From the NCBI GenBank assembly GCA_030598325.1, contig JAUVQE010000002.1, positions 1-37,970 of the forward strand: a stretch of DNA of 37,970 bases, written 5' to 3'. This document shows, piece after piece, positions 22,441 to 28,966 of the stretch. Below the pieces are notes generated by a model, which saw only the letters and a program-made list of their open reading frames with translations, was not told the origin of the DNA and did no database searches. Each line of letters begins with the position of its first letter. Within the stretch, counting starts at the first letter, position 1. The stretch is from Nitrospirota bacterium (GTDB lineage Bacteria > Patescibacteriota > Gracilibacteria > UBA1369 > LOWO2-01-FULL-3). The position numbers and the translations under genes are program-made.

Positions 22441-23427
22441 TTAGAGAGGCCCGCTTTTGCCGCTTGCGTCTTCCCAGGGTCTTCGGGGTTTGGGGCTAGG
22501 TCCGTCGTTGTCGTATCGTTCGTCTAATTCGTTCGGGGGGTCTTTGGGTCGTCTTCGCAAGATTGTATTAGAAGTGCTTGTTGTTCGTGTTTTTGGAAGG
22601 CGACGTGTCTTGGGTGTTCGTCTGTTTTTTTCTCTTTTTTCTTCTTTTTCCTGAAATTCTATTCGCTTGTTATTGCTTTTGTTTGGCTCGGCCAAATGAA
22701 AGTGTTTTTTGCCTGTTTTGTTTTTTTCTTCCAGTAATTCAAGTCCTATTTTTTGCAAAAACCCTTTCAGTTTTTTTATTTTTTGGGGAAGACCACCTCG
22801 ACATTTTTTTATTCCTTCAGCAATTTCATTATAATCAACCCAATTGTTGTATTTCGAAGACAGTGCCAGGAATAATAATACGTCATGAAATTTGTTGGGG
22901 ATGAAGTCTAAATTTCTTGTTACTTTTTCGTATTGCGTGTCGCCTTTTTTGATTTTCTTTTTGTTTTTTTCTTTTGGAGATTCGGAGGGCTTGTTGATTG
23001 GTTCGACGATCAGATAGTGATTACGATGTCCGCCTTTTTTAATCTCTGTTATTTGAATTTTTTTAAGGCCTAATTTTTCCAGGGAGTTAAATAAGGATTG
23101 AAGTACGCCGCGTATATTGTTTGTTTTCGTTTGGTACATTCTGCTTAATTCAGATGTTCCAAAATCTTGAACTTCTGCTGTTTTTCTTGCGACATCAAGC
23201 ATTATACTTCTTTGCCTTCCTTGTTGTAGCTGTGCAGCAAAACTACGTAAAATATCTGCGGCTGATTTTGGCTTTTTTTGCTCCGGTTGAGGGGCTTTTT
23301 CTAATGTTGTCTTTACGTGCGAACTGGTTTGTTGGCGGAGTTCATCGGCTTCTTGGCTTTGTGTTGTGGAGTTTTTGTCCGGGGGATTGTGGTAAACGCT
23401 TTCAACCGTTCTTTTCAAATCGGGCAT
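22441..23427 (-). CDS. hypothetical protein with two internal repeat modules and a basic Pro/Arg/Lys-rich tail
   Basis: Two related modules: ...GVLQSLFNSLEKLGLKKIQITEIKKGGHRNHYLIVEP and ...KIKKLKGFLQKIGLELLEEKNKTGKKHFHLAEP. The tail reads RRTPKTRRLPKTRTT...RRRPKDPP. I chose the start at ATG 23427, downstream of a TTGACA-N17-TATCCT motif (23485-23457). Confidence 0.65.
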   Translation of the reverse strand: MPDLKRTVESVYHNPPDKNSTTQSQEADELRQQTSSHVKTTLEKAPQPEQKKPKSAADILRSFAAQLQQGRQRSIMLDVARKTAEVQDFGTSELSRMYQTKTNNIRGVLQSLFNSLEKLGLKKIQITEIKKGGHRNHYLIVEPINKPSESPKEKNKKKIKKGDTQYEKVTRNLDFIPNKFHDVLLFLALSSKYNNWVDYNEIAEGIKKCRGGLPQKIKKLKGFLQKIGLELLEEKNKTGKKHFHLAEPNKSNNKRIEFQEKEEKREKNRRTPKTRRLPKTRTTSTSNTILRRRPKDPPNELDERYDNDGPSPKPRRPWEDASGKSGPL

Positions 23428-23456
23428 AATATTTTTTAACGAATAACAAGAAGAGG

Positions 23457-23485
23457 AGGATAAAACCCAAAACACAATTTGTCAA
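23457..23485 (-). promoter_or_regulatory. candidate promoter (TTGACA-N17-TATCCT)
   Basis: On the minus strand, -35 at 23485-23480 and -10 at 23462-23457. It lies in the ugd-orphan intergenic gap. Confidence 0.35.
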
Positions 23486-23496
23486 CATGAAACAAA

Positions 23497-24834
23497 TTAG
23501 GCATGTTCCAGTAATTTTGCGGTTTCGTGGGGTTTTTGGTCTGGTTGGCCGATGCCGACATGTTTGAATCCTGCTTTTTCGACGATTTCTTTGTTGAGGA
23601 GGTTTCTTCCGTCGAGGATTAGGGGGTTTTTCATTACTGAGTGGAGGCGCTTGAGATCTGTTTGGGCGAATTCGTCCCATTCGGTCAGGATCACGAGGGC
23701 GTTTGCTCCGCTTGCCGTGTCTAAAGGGGTTTTACAGAATTCGATATTGAAAGATTCAATCATTTTTTTGGCATTTTCCGTAGCTTTTGGATCGTAGGCG
23801 TGGATATATGCGCCTGTGGCCTGGAGTTTTTTTATGATTGTAAGGGATGGTGCTTCTCTCATGTCGTCGGTTTTTGGCTTGAAGGACAGCCCCCAGATTG
23901 CGATCAATTTCCCTTCCAGCGCTCCCAAATGTTTTTGCAGTTTTTTGAAGAGGAGATTTTTTTGGTTTTCGTTAATTTCTTCAACGGCTTTTAGGAGAGG
24001 GAAGTCGCAGTCAAATTCTTGCCCTTTTTGGATTAGCGCTTTGACATCTTTGGGTAGGCAACTACCTCCGTATCCTATTCCGGCGTTTAAGAATTTTTTG
24101 CCGATTCGTTTATCGAGGCCAATTCCTTTTGCGACATCTTTGATGTTTCCGCCTGCTTTTTCGCAGAAGCCAGCCATTTCATTTATGAAGCTGATTTTTG
24201 TTGCGAGGAAGGAATTTGCGGCGTACTTGATGATTTCCGCGGTTTTTATATCGGTGAAAAGAATTGGTGCTTCGATTTTTTCATATAATTTTTTCATTAT
24301 TTTGCGAGCGTTGTTCGTTTCTGTTCCAATGACTATTCTATCGGCCTCCAAAGTGTCTTTTATAGCTGTTCCTTCCCGTAAAAATTCGGGGTTGGAAACT
24401 ATTTCGAATCCGAAGTCGACGTTTCTTTTTTTGAATTCGGTTTCGATGATTTTTTTGCAAATTTTTCCGGTTCCGACGGGTACTGTCGATTTATTTACAA
24501 AAACTTTCTGATTATTCGCGTGTTTTCCGAATGTTTCCGCTACTTCTTTTACGAATTGTAGATCAGCGTCGTGGTTTTTTCCCATAGGTGTGCCAACGGC
24601 TGAAATTACTATTTCCGCGAATTTTATCGCTTTTTTCGCGTCAGTGGTGAAATTTATTTTATTTTTCCGGACCATTTCTTCCAATCCCGGTTCATAAATC
24701 GGAATAATGCCTTTTTTTAGATTTTCGATTTTTTCTTCATTTACGTCTACACAAATAATCTCGTGCCCGATTTCCGCGAAGCACGTGCCTGTTGTCAGCC
24801 CAACATACCCTGTTCCAATAATTGCGATTTTCAT
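23497..24834 (-). CDS. ugd: UDP-glucose 6-dehydrogenase
   Basis: MKIAIIGTGYVGLTTGTCFAEIGHEIICVD (Rossmann fold), NPEFLREG, GYGGSCLPKD (catalytic Cys). I chose the start at ATG 24834. The ORF-track extension to 24888 overlaps a plus-strand promoter. Confidence 0.93.
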   Translation of the reverse strand: MKIAIIGTGYVGLTTGTCFAEIGHEIICVDVNEEKIENLKKGIIPIYEPGLEEMVRKNKINFTTDAKKAIKFAEIVISAVGTPMGKNHDADLQFVKEVAETFGKHANNQKVFVNKSTVPVGTGKICKKIIETEFKKRNVDFGFEIVSNPEFLREGTAIKDTLEADRIVIGTETNNARKIMKKLYEKIEAPILFTDIKTAEIIKYAANSFLATKISFINEMAGFCEKAGGNIKDVAKGIGLDKRIGKKFLNAGIGYGGSCLPKDVKALIQKGQEFDCDFPLLKAVEEINENQKNLLFKKLQKHLGALEGKLIAIWGLSFKPKTDDMREAPSLTIIKKLQATGAYIHAYDPKATENAKKMIESFNIEFCKTPLDTASGANALVILTEWDEFAQTDLKRLHSVMKNPLILDGRNLLNKEIVEKAGFKHVGIGQPDQKPHETAKLLEHA

Positions 24835-24881
24835 GATGTTGACACTATCAGAGTTGTTTTTGAGTTTCAAGAAGAGGGGGG

Positions 24882-24909
24882 TTGACAAAAACAGGGATTT
24901 TCGTAGAAT
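24882..24909 (+). promoter_or_regulatory. candidate promoter (TTGACA-N16-TAGAAT)
   Basis: -35 at 24882-24887 and -10 at 24904-24909, about 30 nt upstream of ATG 24939. Confidence 0.5.
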
Positions 24910-24938
24910 ACACCCCTTGTGATTAACTATTTGGACTT

Positions 24939-25364
24939 ATGGGAGAAGGAACGCGAAAATTTGTGAAGAGGTTGAACGAGAAAGATCTTTTTGAAGTGAT
25001 TTTAAGGGAAGGTATTTTTTATCGTCCCATAGAAATTTTGCAACTTCTCGACGATAATGACCCGAAAGTTTTGGAGATTTTTTTATCGGTGAGAAAAAGG
25101 CTGGAACAGGAGTGTCTGGAAAAGGGTGAGGGAAGGGGGGCGAAGGAGGCAGAGAGGCTGTTGAACGCTTTTAATAACGCTTGTAGGAGTGCCGGGATAC
25201 TTAGTGGAGGGGAAGTGACGATAGCACGATTAAACGTAGTGAGGAGAGTTCCTAGGGACCCTGAACCCTCTGAGGAGATAGAGAACTTAATTGAGAAGTT
25301 TCACGATCAAATAGGGGATAGCGGAGAATTTAAGAAGTCTGGCGGGAAAAAACCCAGAAAATAA
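24939..25364 (+). CDS. hypothetical small protein (141 aa)
   Basis: Clean ORF with its own promoter, a charged helical composition and a basic C-terminus (KKSGGKKPRK). I recognise no domain. Confidence 0.6.
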   Translation: MGEGTRKFVKRLNEKDLFEVILREGIFYRPIEILQLLDDNDPKVLEIFLSVRKRLEQECLEKGEGRGAKEAERLLNAFNNACRSAGILSGGEVTIARLNVVRRVPRDPEPSEEIENLIEKFHDQIGDSGEFKKSGGKKPRK

Positions 25365-25394
25365 GACCTAAGAGCAGGGGTTGGCATGCTGGTA

Positions 25395-25423
25395 TTGACA
25401 TAATTTATTGGTTGTGGGATAAA
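25395..25423 (+). promoter_or_regulatory. candidate promoter (TTGACA-N17-TGg-GATAAA)
   Basis: -35 at 25395-25400, a spacer ending in TGG, and -10 GATAAA at 25418-25423. Confidence 0.4.
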
Positions 25424-25449
25424 GAGGACCTTTTTAAAGTTAAAAGTTT

Positions 25450-26679
25450 ATGGATTTATATGTTGAAAAGCAATGTGTGGATAAGATGAAAGGAGGCGAC
25501 GGTAAGCAGTTTTTGTCGTTGCTGGACGCGAATTTTGTGGATGTTTATATGTACGTGGCTCGTCGTGTGGGTGATAGGGCGGAGGTTGAAAAAATTGTGA
25601 GGCTGACTTTTTTGGATGCTCTTGGGCAGATTGGCAATACCCCTACGGATGTTTCGTATTTGATTTGGCTTTATAGTCTGGCGAAGCCGCGGGTTTGGGA
25701 TTATATCGCGAAAGGGTCCGCTTCCGGCCAGAGCGGTCTTGTTACGCCTTTTGATTTGGAAAAAAAGGAAAACGAGGAGGTTGTGGGGAGGGTTGATAAA
25801 ATGATGAAAAAATTATCTCTCGAGGAGTGGGAGATTTTAAGATTGAAGTTTTTTGAAGAGGTTGCGGATGGAGATCTTATTGCTGTTTTGGGCATTGAAG
25901 AAGGGAAAGTGGGGAAGAGGATTTATCAGGTTTTGAAACGCGCTCATTTTTTGCTTTTTGGTGAAGAAGAGGGAAGAAAAAAAGTTTATTTTGGGAAATT
26001 GAGCGGGCTTTTTGAAAAAGTAAGGAGGCTTGAGGAAGTTGAAGTTCCCGAAGTATTGAAATTAAGCTTGAAAGCTGATTTTACAAACAGGATTGAAAGG
26101 AAAAATTTCGCGATTGCCGGTGAAGTTGTGGAGGAGAAAAAGCCGTTTAAAGTTAAAGAAAAGCTTGTTGGAAAGGGATCGAATGATCCCGCGAAAATTT
26201 TTGTTGAGGCGGTTAAGGAAATGAAAGAGAAGGAAGTGGAGAAAAGGATGCGTCAGCAGGATGAGCTGGACAGAAGGGAACGGACGTATGATTTTCTTGA
26301 TAGGTGGAAAGGCGTTTTTGCTCTTATTCCTCTTGTGCTTTTTGTGTGGATTGTAATTTTTGTTGTTTTACATTTTGGAGATTTTATTGGAGGTGTAGAG
26401 AGAGGGTATCCGAATTCCTGTGAAATTGCGGTTGATTTTGATGGTGATTTTAGTGACGGGGTGAGGAGGGGTGTTGATGTTGGGATTACGAATAGGATTT
26501 GTGATTACTTTGAGGTTTCGGAGATGCAGATTGTTTATGTTGATGAGCGGACTGTGAATGTTGAGGTTGACGTTATCGACTGGTTTCTGGAATATGAGTT
26601 TGTTAGAAAAGATAACGAATGGCGAATTCAAAAATATGCAAGAACTCCTTATAGCAACCAAGAATCCGGGCAAGTTTAG
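25450..26679 (+). CDS. ECF-type sigma-70 family protein fused to a TM helix and an extracytoplasmic domain
   Basis: Region 2-like AEVEKIVRLTFLDAL...WLYSLAKPRVWDYI. Region 4-like LSLEEWEILRLKFFEEVADGDLIAVLGIEEGKVGKRIYQVLKRA. Then a charged linker, a TM helix VFALIPLVLFVWIVIFVVLHF (about 26314-26376), and a C-terminal domain of about 100 aa. Confidence 0.7.
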   Translation: MDLYVEKQCVDKMKGGDGKQFLSLLDANFVDVYMYVARRVGDRAEVEKIVRLTFLDALGQIGNTPTDVSYLIWLYSLAKPRVWDYIAKGSASGQSGLVTPFDLEKKENEEVVGRVDKMMKKLSLEEWEILRLKFFEEVADGDLIAVLGIEEGKVGKRIYQVLKRAHFLLFGEEEGRKKVYFGKLSGLFEKVRRLEEVEVPEVLKLSLKADFTNRIERKNFAIAGEVVEEKKPFKVKEKLVGKGSNDPAKIFVEAVKEMKEKEVEKRMRQQDELDRRERTYDFLDRWKGVFALIPLVLFVWIVIFVVLHFGDFIGGVERGYPNSCEIAVDFDGDFSDGVRRGVDVGITNRICDYFEVSEMQIVYVDERTVNVEVDVIDWFLEYEFVRKDNEWRIQKYARTPYSNQESGQV

Positions 26680-27247
26680 TGAAATAACTGAAATTTTTTC
26701 GGCGGCTGAAAGTTGGCCTTTTGAGCTTGTTTTTTTGGGGGGGCTGGATGTTTCTGATGATGATTTTGTTGAGGATGGGGAAACTTTTGCGCAGAATGCA
26801 TTTAAAAAGGCGCGGTATTTTGCTGATAAGTTGAAGATGCCGACTTTGGCTGAGGATTCGGGGATTTTGGTTGATGTTCTTGGTGATGAGTTGGGCGTAA
26901 AAACCCGGAGGTGGGGTGCTGGAGAGGGTGCGAGTGATGAGGAATGGATTGAGTATTTTATGAAGAGAATGGAGGGGGAGGTTGATCGCGGGGCGAAGTT
27001 TGTTTGTAGCGCGTGTTTTTTGGATGGTGGGGTGGAACGATTTTTTGAAGGGGAAACCCGTGGAATGATTACCGAAAAATTAATGGCTCCGATTAAACGC
27101 GGTTTGCCTTTGAGTTCATGTTTTTTGCCGGAGGGGTGCGAAAAGGTTTATGCGGCGCTTGAAGAAGAGGAGAAAAACAGAGTGAGTCACAGGGGAAAGG
27201 CGATACGGGTTATGAGGTCATTTTTTGATGCTGATCAGAAGTCCTGA
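26636..27247 (+). CDS. rdgB: non-canonical purine NTP pyrophosphatase (RdgB/HAM1)
   Basis: LLIATKNPGKFSEI, EDSGI, SHRGKA motifs. I chose the start at ATG 26636, which overlaps the end of the sigma-fusion gene by 44 nt. Confidence 0.88.
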   Translation: MQELLIATKNPGKFSEITEIFSAAESWPFELVFLGGLDVSDDDFVEDGETFAQNAFKKARYFADKLKMPTLAEDSGILVDVLGDELGVKTRRWGAGEGASDEEWIEYFMKRMEGEVDRGAKFVCSACFLDGGVERFFEGETRGMITEKLMAPIKRGLPLSSCFLPEGCEKVYAALEEEEKNRVSHRGKAIRVMRSFFDADQKS

Positions 27248-27769
27248 TCCCAAGTGGAGCGTGTAGTTTTTCCAGTTCGGGTTGTTTTTTATGTTGTCGA
27301 AGTATTCTTTAAGGTCTTTTTTATGCGAAATTGCGTTGTCGGTTATTATCATTCCTCCTTTTTTGATGCGGTGTTCGATGGTTTTGAAATAATCTATATG
27401 TTCATATTTGGTGGCGTCAAAAAAGGCCATGTCGAGATGTTTGGGCTCTTTTGGGATCGCCTTAGGGGCATGTCCCAGGATGAGGGTAATATATGCGTTG
27501 AGGCCTGAGGATGAGAAGGTTTTTTTGGCGAGGTGATATCGATCTTTTTCGTGGGATTCAATTGTGTAAAGATGTCCTCCTGTGTGTGAAAGGGCTTCCG
27601 CGACCCATAGACCGGAATATCCGTTGGAAGTGCCGATTTCCAGAATGGTTTTAAATTTGCGGTTTTTTATCAATAAGTTTAAGAATTTTCCGGTTTGCGG
27701 AGAAATGTTGAAATATATTTTTCTTGTGAGCTCTAATTCTTTTAACAGATTTGAAATTTTCTTTTTCAT
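27218..27769 (-). CDS. class I SAM-dependent O-methyltransferase
   Basis: ILEIGTSNGYSGLW (SAM motif I), LYTIE, DMAFFDATK, GGMIITDN. It resembles caffeoyl-CoA/YrrM-type O-methyltransferases. Confidence 0.85.
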   Translation of the reverse strand: MKKKISNLLKELELTRKIYFNISPQTGKFLNLLIKNRKFKTILEIGTSNGYSGLWVAEALSHTGGHLYTIESHEKDRYHLAKKTFSSSGLNAYITLILGHAPKAIPKEPKHLDMAFFDATKYEHIDYFKTIEHRIKKGGMIITDNAISHKKDLKEYFDNIKNNPNWKNYTLHLGSGLLISIKK

Positions 27770-27846
27770 ATGTGTAAGGAACTGCGGATTGTTTCTGCGA
27801 GAATTTTAAAACTTCTTGAACACTTTGAACAGAGGATAAAAATTTC

Positions 27847-28863
27847 TTATTCCCGGATTATGTTTCTCGCGACAATAACCGTGAAGAGGGCCATTAAGGC
27901 GGCGCCGATGAAGCTTTCGAAGGCCGCTACGAAGCGCATAGCGCCGATTGCGTGGTAGTCTCCGTATCCGAGAGTTGTAAATGTGACTATTGAAAAATAT
28001 AAAGAGTTCCAGAACGAGTGATAATTCAGAGGTTCGTTGTGGAAGAGAAGACTGCTGTTTATTGTGTATAAGAGTGCGCAAAGAATCATTACCAATCCCG
28101 AAGCGATCATGACTCTTATAAATGAAGTTCCGTATTTGCATAAAAGATCTCCAAATATAAAGTTTATCCATCTCAAAGGGTGTGCCACGCTGACAATTTT
28201 TCTTTTTGAGCGCATTTCTTTGTAGTGGAAATGGTCGGCCAGATCGTGAAGCGAAGAATTTTTATACATTTCTTTGATTTGTTTGTATTCGATTGACGCG
28301 AAGTGGAAATTTTCTTCTTTTTCGGATTTTAATTCTTTTCCGAAAGTTGTTTTTTGGTCGACTATTGTCGTTGAATTTGTCAAATCTTTAATTATCGTGT
28401 CGACGAAACTGCAACTTATTAATTTTGCTCCGTTTAAATTCATTCCCGCGCAGTCTGCTTCCTGAAAGCCACAATTGTTTAGAGTGGCGTTTTTGAATTC
28501 CGCGTGGGTTAAATCTGTGTTTTCAAAAACGCAGTCGTGAATTTTTCCGTCCTGAAAATTACAGTGTTTGAGGATTGCACCCTCAAAATGGATATTTGAT
28601 AGAATAGCCAAATTTTCTGTGTATTCGCCGTCGTCTTCCTGGATGGGGACTCTAAAATCGAAGCCGGAAAGGTTTATTCCCCGTAAATCGATTTCATCTT
28701 CAAGCTCTTTGTCGTTTATTCCAGGGAAATTTCTAATTTTTTCTTTAAAGAGGACCGGACTTAAATAGCATCGGGAATTTTTGATGATTTTGATCAGCTT
28801 TTTTCCTTTTGGCGTAGTCCATCTATGCTGAAGTTCTTCTATTTTTTCTTTTGTGTAGAGCAT
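27847..28863 (-). CDS. pentapeptide-repeat domain fused to a 2-TM potassium channel pore
   Basis: Pentapeptide repeats (about aa 55-155, e.g. CNFQDGKIHDCVFENTDLTHAEFKNATLNNCGFQEADCAGMNLNGAKL). Then TM1, a pore helix, the K+ selectivity filter TTLGYGD (27958-27978), and TM2. Confidence 0.85.
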   Translation of the reverse strand: MLYTKEKIEELQHRWTTPKGKKLIKIIKNSRCYLSPVLFKEKIRNFPGINDKELEDEIDLRGINLSGFDFRVPIQEDDGEYTENLAILSNIHFEGAILKHCNFQDGKIHDCVFENTDLTHAEFKNATLNNCGFQEADCAGMNLNGAKLISCSFVDTIIKDLTNSTTIVDQKTTFGKELKSEKEENFHFASIEYKQIKEMYKNSSLHDLADHFHYKEMRSKRKIVSVAHPLRWINFIFGDLLCKYGTSFIRVMIASGLVMILCALLYTINSSLLFHNEPLNYHSFWNSLYFSIVTFTTLGYGDYHAIGAMRFVAAFESFIGAALMALFTVIVARNIIRE

Positions 28864-28898
28864 TTGGAATAATGTTTTCGCTACAATTTGATCGGTTT

Positions 28899-28913
28899 AT
28901 TATACCACAAAAC
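28899..28913 (-). promoter_or_regulatory. extended -10 promoter (GTTTTGTGGTATAAT) for the channel gene
   Basis: The minus strand has TGG-TATAAT, with the -10 at 28904-28899, 36 nt upstream of ATG 28863. The 15-mer is identical to 21398-21412. Confidence 0.5.
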
Positions 28914-28966
28914 AGCCCCAACGACTAGAGGCAAAGTCATGATTTTTGAGTAAGGGCGCGGAAATG

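Noticed and set aside
21836-23475. Genomic island or prophage integrated at ssrA
   Set aside because: No integrase, recombinase or phage genes are present, and I found no direct repeat of the ssrA 3' end downstream. Only hairpins and one orphan gene follow.
23816-24511. 231-aa plus-strand ORF inside ugd, plus 23402-23680 on the minus strand
   Set aside because: Both are antisense or out of frame relative to a strongly supported UDP-glucose dehydrogenase. They have no motifs and a low-complexity composition.
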